From the NCBI GenBank assembly GCA_964270895.1, contig OZ185437.1: a stretch of DNA of 64,000 bases. One strand, 5' to 3'. A model generated the notes under the pieces. It was not told where the DNA came from and did no database searches. It was given only the letters and a program-made list of their open reading frames with translations. This document shows positions 37,441 through 50,893 of the stretch, in pieces. This DNA is from Podarcis filfolensis (lineage: Eukaryota). The position numbers and the translations under genes are program-made. How positions within the stretch are numbered: position 1 is the stretch's first letter; the number at the start of each line of letters is the position of its first letter.

Positions 37441-38952
37441 ATCTTCATCATTATACAGCAATGGCTATTATTGTTATTGTGTTATTATTTCAATTATTTT
37501 CTCATGAGAGTACTAAAAAAAAAAAGGCTTATAATTGCAGCCAGTGTTCACCCAACTTTACTTGACACTATGCTATATAATAATCATTTAGAAACAATGT
37601 TAATTTCATAAAATAACCAGCAGCGCGAACTGCAATAGGTAACGTCTGCCTCCCTGACCTGTCTGGAATAAGTATGCAGGTTCTCATGCATGTAATTTAG
37701 CTACTTGATTCATTAACATTTAAACAGGCTGCTAGGCTATGACGACCAATTAGATGCTTTTGCAGAGTCTTGGCAGAACTGTATTTAACAGCCACGGGCA
37801 TAGCGACACCTTGTCAGGGAGAATAATATAACAAAGGCGGGTGCTGGTTCAAGGCAGGTAGAATTTGCATTCTTTTGGAGATGCTATCTACTTTCGCTAG
37901 TGTTTGCAACTGGCATTTCTAATAATATCGGGCACAAATAAATTATTATAAGAGAAGACTGAATTGTTATCACTGGAGGTGCACAACACCAAAGAGTTTA
38001 CTCCATATATTAGTGAAGCTCAGTTACATCAGCAAAGCTTGTCGTGCTGTATTGGTCATAAGCAGGAGGTGGTTTGGACTCCAGGGCTGGCTTTATGGTG
38101 AAGATATTGGATGGCCACCTCTGTCATCACCATGTATCCTCTTGCCACATTGAAACAATAATGGGAGGACAAGAGGAGAGGCATAATTAGAAGCAGATAT
38201 TCCTACATTTTTAAGGAGCTTGTATTTTACGTGAAATGTCTTCCATACAGATCTGACTGTGCATTAAGTTCTATGGGAGAGGCCGTCCTGGAACTGCCTG
38301 ATCCATCTGAAATACTTTGTGTACAGACCCAAGGGAGGGATCTCTTGGTGGGCATGTCCCAGTTATGGAATTCCTCCTCCTCTACCTTTCCTACCCAACC
38401 TTTCTGCCTTATATCTTGGCCTCTCCTTCCGGCTTCCTGAAGCAGTGTTGCACAGGAATTGAATTCTCCTGCTTACCAGCTGGTGAGTATATGTCAAAAC
38501 ATTGAGAAAACCCTGAGACCCCCTAATATAGGGAGGTATATAAATTCAATAAATAAAATAAATAAATAATAAAATCCCTTAAAAGAAATCACATACCACC
38601 ACAATTGTTAGTTCAAAGGTTGCCATGACCAGTATCTTTCAGCTATCAAATACCTGGGTAAATTTTAAGCAATTTGTATATTCTTATTTGTGTACTATAC
38701 TCCACTCTGGGATATAGTATGCTGAAGGGCAAGTTACAGCTATACCCTATAGCACTGAGTGTTATCCAGTGTCATATAGGAGAACTTTCCCTCCTCCTCA
38801 TCCTCCTCCTCCTCCTCCTCCTCCTCCTTCTGGGGGGATCTTAGTGGCACCAGGGGCAAGGGCTGCAGGTGGAAGGAGAGGAAGACGAAGCGATTGTACA
38901 AGCAGATATCCATGCACAAAAGACAGGCACCATTGGCACCCAACCATTATTA

Positions 38953-39080
38953 AAATGAATTTGGCCCTCCAGATGTTGCTGAATTACAACTCCCAGCATC
39001 CTTGGCCATTGGCCATGCTTGCTGGGGCTGATGGGAGCTGTAGTTCAGCAACACCTGCAGAGCCAAATTTCCCCATCCAT
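38953..39080. mobile_element. Degenerate palindromic MITE (GGCCCTCCAGATGTT..ACAACTCCC family)
   Basis: Fold-back structure related to the 50187, 52992 and 58394 copies. Confidence 0.55.
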
Positions 39081-40493
39081 ACCTACTCTAATGGGCTACA
39101 TAGACTGGAGGAAAACAACAGGTGTCCATCCTCCCCGCGCCCCTCCTGTGTTGAAGGTGCTTTGAGAAAGTCATACACACCCATCCCAGGACAAAATCTG
39201 GTAAACTGGTTTTGCAGGATTTTTGTAGCATTTCAGTAATCTGAAAAACTTGTTCTGTTATAGTTGAGAGGATTTAGAAGCGGGGAGGAAGGGTATGCAC
39301 ACCAAAGACATGTGAGCCTTGATTATAACACTTCTTATATTACGTAAAATGTTCGTCTGTGTCCAGCCATAGAAAGGTTGTTGCCAGTATATACAATCAT
39401 TAAAAATGTGAGCTATAGTTGGCACTTATCATTTCCTGTGACTTATCAAGTTTGATGGATCATGAGAAAATAGATCATCCATGTTATAACCATATATATA
39501 TATGTGGGTATATATAAGTATACCATCACAATATTATTCTTTATTTTTGAAATCAAATGGTAGAGCATTTGGTCCCTTCCAAACCTTTGGGGGGCTTTGC
39601 TCAATAGTTTGCTCAAACATTTTATTAGCTATTGTATACAAAGCATTAAAGGTGATCCACTGAAGGAAAAATGAGCCGCAATTCTTTGACTACATGCTCA
39701 AGAGTGGCAGATACGGGATCAAAATAAATTATTAGGATTTCCGTTACCTCTTTACTTTCTTATATATTGTAATTACAGTATTGATTACGGCTTTAAGATT
39801 AGTCCATGACCAAATGAATGTAACCTTCTCTGACTGGTTAAATCGGTAAACGAGAAGACCATATTGATTGCTGGCATTTTGTACCAATTAATAATTAGGA
39901 ATTAACCTACACAGGGATCCCTCAGTACTTCTGGATTTATGGGAACTGCCTTCAGATGCTAAATCTCAACAGCAGTTTGTATGTTTGCAAAGGAGAGTGA
40001 ACGTTTGGGTGTAGCTGTCCTATGCAAAGTATTACTCTGTTAATAGTGTGTAATGCTGAAACCTTTAAGAGGATTTACTGTGGCCCTATTTGTTCAGAAA
40101 ATGCACGTGAGCATAGATTGTGAAGGGAGCACAAGCCCATGTTCTTCAGCTCCACCCTTGAAACTCTCAACTCCATGCCTGAACGGTCTCAAGGGAAATT
40201 CTAAGCATGTCCCGATGTTGTGTTTGTGATGTTAAGATGTTGGAGGAGGCAGGGATCGAATGTGGCAGCAGTGCAACTTCAGTGGCCGTGGTTCCTCTTA
40301 GGACAGATCTGCACTGCACATTGAAAGGATGCACTTTTAAAGCACAAAGAATCATGGGAAGTGTAGTTAAAGTTGCTAGAGATGTTTGCTCTGTGAAGGG
40401 GAAAATATAGTTCCCACGATTATTTGGGAGAAGACATGCACTTTAAATATGCATCAAATATGATTTATATGTGGATCTACCCACAGTTTTTTA

Positions 40494-40845
40494 GGGAAGT
40501 GGGTGACGCTGTGGGTTAAACCACAGAGCATAAGAGTTTCCAATCAGAAGGTCAGCAGTTCGAATCCCTGCGACAGGGTGAGTTCCCGTTGCTTGGTCCC
40601 TGCTTCTGCTAACCTAGCAGTTCGAAAGCACGTCAAAGTGCAAGTAGATAAATAGGTACTGCTCCAGCGGGAAGGTAAATGGCGTTTCCATGCGCCGCTC
40701 TGGTTCGCCAGAAGCAGCTTAGTCATGCTGGCCACATGACCCGGAAGCTGTACGCCGGCTCCCTCGGCCAATAAAGCAAGATGAGCGCCGCAACCCCAGA
40801 GTCAGCCACGACTGGACCTAATGGTCAGGGGTCACTTTACCTTTT
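40494..40845 (+). mobile_element. Sauria SINE (Squam1)
   Basis: Full body match. About 12-bp TSD TACCCA[C/T]AGTTT. Confidence 0.93.
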
Positions 40846-40975
40846 TACCCATAGTTTAAAACTGTTGACCTTCCTTCCTTCCTTCCTGATAGGTGATGAA
40901 GACAGAGAAAACAGTCCACCATTTTTCTTTGAGCTGTGCCAGTTTCTTTTCTGTGCTCTTTTTGGGATGCTGGTA

Positions 40976-41188
40976 CAGTGGTACCTCGGGTTACAAACAC
41001 TTCGGGTTACAGACTCCACTAACCCAGAAGTAGTACCTCGGGTTAAGAACTTTACCACATGAGAACAGAAATCGTGCGGGGGCAGCAGGAGGCCCCATTA
41101 GCTAAAGTGGTACCTCAGGTTAAAAACGGTTTCAGGTTAAGAACAGACCTCCGGAATGAATTAAGTTCGTAACCAGAGGTACCACTTG
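40976..41188 (-). mobile_element. Tigger/Tc1-like MITE (opposite orientation to 30511)
   Basis: TA-CAGTGGTACCTCGG...GAGGTACCACT. Internal sequence is the reverse complement of the 30511 copy. Confidence 0.88.
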
Positions 41189-41767
41189 CAAAGTGGTATT
41201 TACTTGCAAAGCCCTACACAGGTTAGGACCAGAAGACCTTATTGAGTGTCTTCTCCCCTAAAACCACTCTCCACAGCTGAGATTATCAGACAAGGCTCTG
41301 CTCTTAATTCCATCTGTGACAGCATCATTGATGGTGATGGTACAGAGTAGGACCTTTGCTGTAGAGGTGCCACAATTATGTAACGACCTTCTTAGGGGAG
41401 GCCAAGATGCATTGCCTTGCTTGCTTATTTTACTTTATACACCATCATAGTTTCATGGGTTTAATTGCCAAGTCAGTTAAAAGAGTACTCACCTTCAACT
41501 ACCTGAGTGCGGTTGATGTTGTTTTAATGAATTTAATGAATTAATGTTGATAATTGCTTGCTGTTTTATTGTCATTCTGCCACTTGTAATGTTGTGAAAC
41601 AGAAGAAGATGGATCAGAACAACGACCCAGCTAGTCCTGCATCTCACATTAGCCAACCAGATGCCTATAGGAAGCCAGCAAACAGGGCATGAGTCCCACC
41701 TTGTGATTCTCCTCACTTGTGATTCCCAGCAACTAGTACTCAGAGACATACTGCTTCTGATATTGGA

Positions 41768-42515
41768 GTTAATAGCTCAGTTGGTTAGAGAGCATAGCTG
41801 TCAACCATCCCTTATTTGGCGGGAAGCTCCCTTATCCCAGCGCCGTGTCCCACTGCTGTCCCGGATTGATGATATCCCATAAATTTCCCGGGTTTCAAAG
41901 GAAGCAGCTCCTCTCCCTCCCTCCCTGCCGGCCAAGGAGGAGGGAGGCTCCAACTGTGTTGCTTGGCTGCGTTGTTTACCCAATAAGGAGTCTAAGAATG
42001 ACTGGGGGGGTGGAGCTTGCATGCTTTGTGCCGATCAAATCGGCCGCATTGCCTGGGGACTCGCCTTTGCTCAGTGCTTCCCAGCGGAGAGGTGACGGTG
42101 GTTTTCCTTGCTGCATCCCCTTTGCCGGGTTGCTGCGCTGTGGGAACCACCGCTTGAAGCTTCATTTGGCTGCTGGCTGGGCTTTCTGCCTTTGGTTCTG
42201 AGGGGCTCACAAGTTGAACATACCTGTGCTCTGAAAATCCCTTATTTTGGCTGCTGATCCCTTATTTTCAAGGCTGCTGGTCCCTTATTTTCAAATCTGT
42301 AAGTTGACAGCTGTGTTATAGAGAGGTGCTGGTAATGCCAAGGTTGCAGGTTCATTCCCTGTATGGTACAGCTGCATATTTTCTGCATTGCAGGGGCTTG
42401 GACTAGATGATCCGACCCGAGACTTCTGGGTGTATAGCGGTATATAAATTCAATAAATTAAAAAATACATGATCCTCAGGGTCCCTTCTAACTCTGCAGT
42501 TCTATGATTCTATGA
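41768..42515 (+). mobile_element. tRNA(Ile)-headed SINE with two nested insertions
   Basis: Head AGCTCAGTTGGTTAGAG resumes at 42324 as AGGTGCTGGTAATGCCAAGGTTGCAGGTTC. CR1-type tail ends TTCTATGATTCTATGA. Confidence 0.8.
41793..42315. mobile_element. hAT-type MITE, 523 bp (long form of the 7601 family)
   Basis: TIR CATAGCTGTCAAC / GTTGACAGCTGTG. TSD TTAGAGAG / TTATAGAG. Shares about the first 85 and last 45 bp with 7601-7755. Confidence 0.88.
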
Positions 42516-42611
42516 CTAGTAGCCATTGATAGCCCTATCCTCCATGAATTTATACACAATTGATAATCACTTCAGTAATTATGGAAGCTTATGTTGAAGG
42601 ACGGGTAAGAA

Positions 42612-42714
42612 ATAGTAATAGTAGTAGAAGTAGTAGTAGTAGCAGTAGCAATAGCAATAGCAATAGCAATAGCAATAGCAATAGTATTAGTAATAGTAAT
42701 AGTAGTAATAATAG
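42612..42714. repeat. Compound microsatellite (AGT)n / (AGCAAT)n / (AGTAAT)n
   Basis: Direct reading. Confidence 0.9.
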
Positions 42715-43915
42715 AATCAATAATTGTTGAAAATGGTAATTCTATGCTCTGCCTTCCTGTTCACCAAGGTTGGAATTAGAGATACACGAGGAATTTAAAC
42801 TTTGCAGATTCAAATTTGATCTCAAACATGATCTCTTCCTCCTGGACTGATTTGCCTACCAGAACTGAGATATCCCGCACTCCTTGAAAACCAGTCAAAA
42901 TACATTTTAAATGGAAAATACATTTTAAAAACATGCATTTTGAGACACATATTTTTTAAAAGATCGCATTTAATTTCTTATTTAAAGGTTGATTTTTTAT
43001 TCCAAATTTTTTTTAATTTAAAAAACAACAACCATCCTTTACAGAGCAATGTGGAAATGAGAAGATAGAGAGAGGAAGACTTGTGAAAGTCACATGGACC
43101 AGAAACCCACTGATTCCCATCTCCCTAGTTAGAATAGTAATTGGGGAAACCTCCTTGAATGAAATGAGGTGTGCTAAAGAAGTTGTGGGGTGGTTTTTTT
43201 TCCTTTGCTTCTTAATTTCGGTCCTGGTCTTTTCAAGACAGCTTGGCAATTTAGACTCCAGAAAGGGAAGAACAGATGCCACGTTTGGAAAATATGGGGA
43301 TAAATAATAAATCAAGGGAACTAAGGTGATGTGAATACCATTTAGAAAACAAATAGCTGCCGGTGGTGAATTTAGAATGAGAGAAGATGGGGAATCAGAG
43401 GAGGTGTCTCTCTGCTGTAGCCAATGTAGCCCAGGGGGAGCTGGAGGAAAAGATAGGACAGAACTTGTCCCACACTGGGGAACAAATCAAATTGCAGTGC
43501 ATTTCCATCAGCTGTCAGAAGGAGACGGATATTTCTACAGGGCCAGGCAGGAAATTAGGCTATTAAATTACAGCTTTTATTCTCTCTCTGTCTCTCTCTC
43601 TTCCACCCCACCCCCCTTTGTCATACTCTTCTCTTTTACTACAGATGTTCTATCAAAGCAAGTCATTGTAACCATTTATCTTTCCAAACTTAAAAAACCT
43701 TCCCCAGAACTAATTCCACCCCCCCTTCAGCACTTGAGGTCTTTGTACTTTGTGCCTTGCTTCCCTGATCTTGTATGGATCTGAGATTAATTTGCACCAG
43801 CTAGGAGTTCAACAACAAAATCAATTTCAATTGGGTCAGCCAGGGTCACCAGCAACTCAGTAGTGTGAGGAGAGAAATAGATTATTACCATTCTGGGGAC
43901 ATACGATTATGCTGC

Positions 43916-43953
<38 letters not shown>

Positions 43954-46900
43954 AAGGGGGCGGGGAGGAAATGTTCCTAAGGGAAGGTATAATTATTTTT
44001 TTTAAAAAAAATCTGGAATCTTTGGCTATAATATTCAGCATAAATGTTGCCACCAATATTCACCAAAGCTCTCCCCCACAAGCTTATTACGATCCCAGAA
44101 AATGATGGAGTAGGAATTGTTATTATATTGGTAGCATTTCACTAGCAAAATCCTGGCACTGTCAAACCAATATAGCAGTACCTCTGATAGAGGCTTTTGA
44201 TACTCCTAACACGTAGCAGGTGTAAATTAAACAGCGTTCTGTCTGTTAGATATTCCATGTCACAGAAGGATGGTTGGAGCTGGACTTAAAGGGGCAGTGC
44301 CCCTAGAAATGCAGCAAAATGCAATGGCATTTAGGTTGGGAAATTTTAAAATTAAAATGCTGAATCGCTTGTCGCTGTGTTAGAAGAAATGCCAGCTATT
44401 ATCCACAGCATTTGACCACTTTATTTATGTGTTCTTTGGGGATGTTCATGGGGAAAAAACACATGCTACATATGTTCATATTTATCAGCAAATATTTACT
44501 TATTACTATTTTGAACACATACAAACACACACACAGGTCTTTCTTACAACTGATACCTGTAACTATATCATAGGGAGGGGACAAATGAATTTAGGGGATA
44601 AAAACTGATGATTATGATTATTTACGCTGTGGGATGTGATCCATAATTTTAGACTGGGCTATGATCTCATTGAAGATTGCCTGGCTAGGCCCTCACTTAA
44701 ATTTCAGCTAGATCCCATTTCCATTAAATTGGACGGAAGAGCTCGTCAGTATATAAGAATCACTGTTTCAGCTGGAATCTATAGTCTGCTACCAATGGGT
44801 TAGCATACTACAGAATTTATGGGTGCAAATTCTTTCATGAAAACAGAACTAGTAAATGGAGTGTGTTTTCCTTGGGAATAAAATAGTGGATGTAACTGAA
44901 ATAAAATGGGCAAACCCCCCTCCCCAATCTTATGCTGAGAGTAAGACTGTCTGATTAATTAGCAGTGACTTTGGTATGCTTCAGCATAACCAGACTATTA
45001 AAATATTCTGGGCCAATTTAAATCCCTAAATCATCTTTCTGGGAGCTACAGAAATGATTGATTTGGCCCAGTGAACTTCCATTACCCTGTCAGATAATCC
45101 TGTCTGCAGGATCCAAACATGCTAAATTAGATAATCCTAATAGTCATTTCTTATATCTTGGATAAATTATTTCATTTATTCTGAAATAGCATGGATATGT
45201 ATGTATGCACATTTAATTAAATATTTAGAAGAGTCCCATTAGCTCAAGTACACAACAAGGTTTTGTTCCCCATTACCTGGTTTTTGTCCCCCCACCCCAC
45301 CCGAGTGCTTAAAGGTATATTGCTGAACAACAGACAACCTCAGATATAGTAATTTCTTTTTTTTTATGAAGCTGCTTCTATGGAACAGCTAATCCCTCGA
45401 ATCCTTTAGTCAAACCTTCTTTTACTGCATAATATTAAATAAATCCCTCTTCCCCGCTGCCGTTGGACTTCCTACGACACGGGATAAAGTTCAAATGCTT
45501 AACCCTTTAGTGGCAGCAAGCAGGGCCTGAATTAAATTTTCATTACAATGAACACAGTTAATGTCACAGATTATTATTAATGCACATATCACAGTAAATG
45601 TAGAATCCTGTGGAATTTGGGTAGATAAAAGGTGGGACATCCCATGTGAACTCTCAGATGCGCCACTCATGTGACACAGGGCATGTGTGCACATAGGCGA
45701 TACACTATATCTCAACTTCTGGAATTCTTAACCCCCCTATTTTTTATACACTCAAAACTGAATGTATTTATTTAACAAAATTTAGATGCCACTGGATTAT
45801 AAACAGAACCTCTTAGTGGTTTACAACAAAATTAAATTTGTTAATAAAAGACCATATTAAAAACAGATGTTAAAACATTACAAAATATAATTAGAATCAG
45901 TGATAAACTAAAACACATGTTAGTTTTATGTATGCACAATGTTTTTTTTAGTATGTGCCAAAAATAATTTTGTGATGGCACCAGCTGATATCAGTAGGCA
46001 TGGAGTTCCAATATATAGATGTTGCCATGCTAAAATATTGTGTGTTTTTTTTTACAAGTGCAGATTATATACTATGTGGGGCAGTGCCAGTTCTGCAGAT
46101 TGATGTGGCCAAGAGGGCACATGTGACCCATGACACACAATGCAGCATACATATGAACGGGATGTCCCTAAAGTAAAAGCATATCAGGGCTGGAGTCAGA
46201 TGCAGGTCAGCACAAAGAAGCACAGGGAGTTTGAGGTTGACTATCTTCTAATCTTCTACAGTGTGATATTAAATTTACTCTATATTTTGGAATGTTGTTT
46301 GTTCGTCTGTCCTCTATGCATTGGGATATCTCTGAAGATGTGTCACCAAATTTGACATGATGGTTATCGAGATGGAAGAGTGGGCTTTTGTCTATGTTTG
46401 GTCAAAAGGTCTCCTCCTCTTCTTCCATAGCACCAGCAACCACTGTAGCAGCAAGACCCCTGCCTTGCTGTCCCGTCTGATTCAGTCAACTGGTGGACAC
46501 TACCCGTAGGAAGCTTTTTGCAAACAGCAGCACCACTTCCACCATATTTGTGGTTGTTTTCCTGGTGGCCTCCGGGGAGGTCATGCACCAGAATCTTCCC
46601 CTCTTCTTCTTGCAGTTGGAGAAAGGGATAGCAGTGTAATCTATTTTCAGATTAGCAATTTCAGTCCTGTCCCCAGTGATGTTATTAGAGTAAGTTTCCT
46701 TATTTTAATATTTGCTTCCTGTTGCCTAAAGCAACTTACCTTTAGTTTGTGTTTGTGCATTCTTAGGTACTAATAAAGTGAAAGAGAAGAGCAACTTCTG
46801 TGTAGTACTCCTGGGTTTCCCTTCTTGGAAATCCCAGGTGAATTAGGTATTTATGGGTCCTGGGTACCTGTTAAGTGATAACAAGTAGAGTCTAGAGTCA

Positions 46901-48380
46901 CCAACACTCAACTTGGTTCATTAGAGTAGATTTCAATCTGCTCCAGCCTGAACCTGAGATCTGGTGACTTAATTCCAATGGCTTTCAGCCAACTCTAACA
47001 TAATACAGGTTAGTGTTTAAAGGTCTGACAAAAGCTGTCTTTTGAGGAGTCTTACCTTTTTGTAAATGCAACTGTTTTCCATAAAATTCTGAGTTGTGCA
47101 CAATATATATGTTTTACTCCTGGAATGATTTACAAAGTGCTTTTTCATTAATCTTGCAGAAACATTAACTTTCAAGTTATCATGATTCCATGGTTGCCAC
47201 TTAACAAGAGTGATCTTCAGAGATTTCACTGTAGAAAAAAGCTTCTCCCTGCGGTTTTGATTTTCTTCTAAATTTACATCACATCTTTTTAACCATATAC
47301 CCACTTGAGTAAGCTTGATTTATAGTAGAGATCAAAGGCATTTTGTTTCTCAGTGGAACAAATTATCTGAGGGGCAGATCCTCAGCTTGGGTAAATCAGT
47401 TTAGCCTCACTGGATCCTGTAACTGAGATATCTGATTCCTTACATATTAAGTGTCCCTTGTTTACACAAGAAGAAAGAACTTTCCAATTAGTGTAGCTGT
47501 TTGATCTAATTCTGAAATTTATTTAGTCAGTATTAATATTTTATGGTGATATATTGTTTCCTGCTTTGCTGGTCTAATGTTAACTGCTTTGGACGGCTGT
47601 TTAAAACTACCTTTATATAATAGCCATTAATGTTAACATTTGAAAGAGGAAAATAGATATATGTTTGCTGTTTTAAGTGAAGAAATAATTCGTACAGTGG
47701 TTAAATAGTAAGCTGAAACAGAATGCCTTTTCTATGTAGGCTAGTAGTATGGAGAAGGTGTAAAAACTGGAATAGAATGAGACAGGACAAAAGGAGAAGA
47801 GAGGGATGTGCTGATGATACATCAGACCAACATTTCAGGAACACTGATTTGGGGATGTATCCAACTAGAAACAGATCTGCTAAGCCAAATCCTGTGCACC
47901 ATAGCACACGCCCTTTAAATCTGTTCTGGGTTTCCCCGTCTGGGGAAGATTTGGTGAGGGCACGGGAAGCATGAAGGGAGAGGAGAGGAAGGAGAAGTTC
48001 CATCACACAAGTGGAAATCCTTGCACTAGCAGAAGCACTTCATTGGTTGCCACCCTCAGAGCCTAACTAGGCTTCCACAAGCACTGGGGTGGGAACCTTT
48101 GTGTCCCTTGTTAACAGCCCTGTTTGGCATCTTTAAGGCTAACCAATTCAGGCATACAAGACAGTTGGGTGCCAAGTATTAATAAAATGGCAATGTTCAG
48201 TTGCCCGCTGTTTCTTCACCAAGGAAGAGGGGTATAGGGAGGAAACCAGAGAAAGCGAAGTCCACACACCTTTTCTCCCAGTAGAGACGTAAATGTGGCA
48301 GCAAGGACACCTTCTAAACAAAAGAAAGACACCTTTCAGTTCGGCTCAGTGCCAAATATTTGCCCAAGTGTAATGCTTAT

Positions 48381-48680
48381 GGAAATCCGCCCTGAGTGCT
48401 CACTGGAAGGACAGATCGTGAAGCTGAGGCTCCAATACTTTGGCCACCTCATGAGAAGAGAAGACTCCCTGGAAAAGACCCTGAAGTTGGGAAAGATGGA
48501 GGGCACAAGGAGAAGGGGACGACAGAGGACGAGATGGTTGGGCAGTGTTCTCGAAGCTACAAACATGAGTCTGACCAAACTGCGGGAGGCAGTGGAAGAC
48601 AGGAGTGCCTGGCATGCTCTGGTCCGTGGGGTCACGAAGAGTCGGACATGACTAAACGACTAAACAACAACAGCAACAAC
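48381..48680 (+). mobile_element. RTE-BovB LINE 3' fragment
   Basis: Encodes PECSLEGQIVKLRLQYFGHLMRREDSLEKTL.LGK.EG.RRRGRQR.RW, the BovB/RTE RT C-terminus. (CAA)n tail. Possible GCTTA TSD. Confidence 0.92.
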
Positions 48681-49565
48681 GCTTAAGTGGCCACATTATC
48701 TTTGCAAGGAAGGAAGATGGGGTAAAAGTACTGAAGATGGGTTTAAAAAACAAAACAAAACTGCTGCTTGATTATAGAGATACATCAAAATCATGTAAAC
48801 TGTGTGGCAGGAGAAATGTTCACCACACATTTCTCTCCCCACTCCCCACCCCCACCCCATTTGTCCCAGCTTTTCTAAGTAGCAGCTGTCATTGGGGTTG
48901 CAAGCCTGATCTGCTGGCAGAACGCTGGACCAAAGCCAAGTTGACAAACTCGCTGGGAATCATTGCCTTCTATCTCAATCCAACTTTTGATGCATTCCAT
49001 GCTGTTTAAGGAAGACCAAATTCCTAATATATACTCAGCTATATGCTAAAGGGGCAAATTGGGGATTACTAGACAGCCTTCCCATCCAGCTTTGCATTCC
49101 TGAATATTTAAAGCAAGCCTTGGGTCTTTTTTGATTGGGGGTGGGGGAAGAAGAAGCTTGAGGTTCATTCATTTCCCAACTCCCTTGCCTCTCCATGCCA
49201 AAAATGCATCTCTTCATAGTTGTAGTCACTGGCTACCATGTGGCTGCTCTCACAGTTCTCCTGCCTTCATTAAAGAGGTTGAGCAGCGGCCAAGAACTGG
49301 TCTATTTTGGAACCGGGCTAGATTTGAGGAAGTAGGAACTTCATCTGTCTTCGCAGTGTCCAAGAAAAAAAAAATCTCCCTCATCATCTGAGAAGAATGT
49401 TAAGCTTCCTTCCCCCTTGGCTACTTGTAGGGACAACCACGATTGAAAAGAGATGAAAGGTTTGAGAAGTTTACGATTTGCATGGCTTAGGACACTTGGA
49501 GCTTTATATGCATTGAAACTGCATTATGCCTACATGATCAGTGGCCCTCATTTTGTTTCGTTTCC

Positions 49566-49602
<37 letters not shown>

Positions 49603-49942
49603 TTATTATTTATACCCTGCCCATCTGGCTGGGCTTTCCCAGCCACTCTAGGTAGCTTCCAACAAAATATTAAAATACAGTCGTCTATTAAACATTAAAA
49701 GCTTCCTTAAACAGGGCTGCCTTCAGATGTCTTCTAAAAGTCTGGTAGTTGTTTTTCTCTTTGACATCTGGTGGGAGGGCGTTCCACAGGGCGGGTGCCA
49801 CCACCGAGAAGGCCCTCTGCCTGGTTCCCTGTAACTTGGCTTCTCACAGCAAGGGAACCGCCAGAAGGCCCTCGGCACTGGACCTCAGTGTCCGGGCAGA
49901 ATGATGGGGGTGGAGACGCTCCTTCAGGTATACTGGACCAAG
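49566..49942 (-). mobile_element. L2 LINE 3' fragment
   Basis: Antisense match to the 1666 and 35423 copies. (TAA)n tail. Confidence 0.93.
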
Positions 49943-50186
49943 ACTGAATATCCTGGGATATTCAAAGGAACCCACCCTAATATTTGCCACGAAGATTCTC
50001 TCAACAGAAGGGGTTGTCTTGGTGCTCTCTTACTGAACAACAGTGTTTTTTGAAACTGAGGGTTCCTGCTGTCAGTTTCTTTTGCTGTAGTTAATACTTT
50101 TGAATTCAGGGACCTGCTCAGGCCAAGCAAGAAAACCAGCAGACAATCTCAAGATGGTTGAGAAATCTCAAAATGAGCACATAGGG

Positions 50187-50322
50187 CAGGCATGGCCAAA
50201 CTTAGCCCTCCAGCTGTTTGGGGACTACAATTCCCATCGTCCCTGACCACTGGTCCTGTTAGCTAGGGATGATAGGAGTTGTAGTCCCAAAACAGCTGGA
50301 GGGCCGAGTTTGGCCATGCCTG
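50187..50322. mobile_element. Palindromic hAT MITE, 136 bp
   Basis: TIR CAGGCATGGCCAAACT / AGTTTGGCCATGCCTG and perfect 8-bp TSD ACATAGGG. Confidence 0.92.
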
Positions 50323-50364
50323 ACATAGGGGAATCATGTGTAGGGTGCTCTTGTTGATCAAGAA

Positions 50365-50893
50365 GAATAATGAATCTGTCAATTTCTGTTTCTCTCAGAG
50401 TCTCTGTTTTCAAATCCTAAATTCAGTTCTCCACATTTCTGCAGTAATTTGCCTTTGCATATTTTGTAATTTTAAGTTGTTTTAAACTGTGTTTTTTATT
50501 GTGTTTTGTTGTCACCCACCCTGGGACTTCAGAGTGAAGGGTGGGTAATAAATTATTGTAACAATAAAAACAATATTTTATTTTATAAAACAAGATTCCC
50601 TGTGAAAATTCACCAGCATTTTGAGGTCCTAATATACAATTTTCATATGCAGGTTTGACCAATATATACATTTTTGCAAGCCATTTCCCCTAACAAAATG
50701 TGTTTTTAAAATGTAATTTTCACTAATTTATGCACTTCCATGCTTATCTCACCCCCAATTCATATGTTTCTGTATGCATTGTTTGGTTGGAGAGCTGCGC
50801 TGAAAAATTATGAGAAGTGTGAATGTTGAAGGACTTGTTCCAATTTGTGGATTGCTTCGAAGAGTGTGAATTGGATGGCTTCTCATTAAAATG
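50365..50893. mobile_element. Old AT-rich DNA-transposon-like repeat
   Basis: Same family as the 16117 and 24860 copies. Ends AAATTTCTTCCCTGTCCCTA. Confidence 0.5.

Noticed and set aside
22661-38943. ORFs with poly-I, poly-N, poly-L, ERERER, SLSLSL, poly-E/P and poly-H/D runs
   Set aside because: These are translations of microsatellites and LINE tails.
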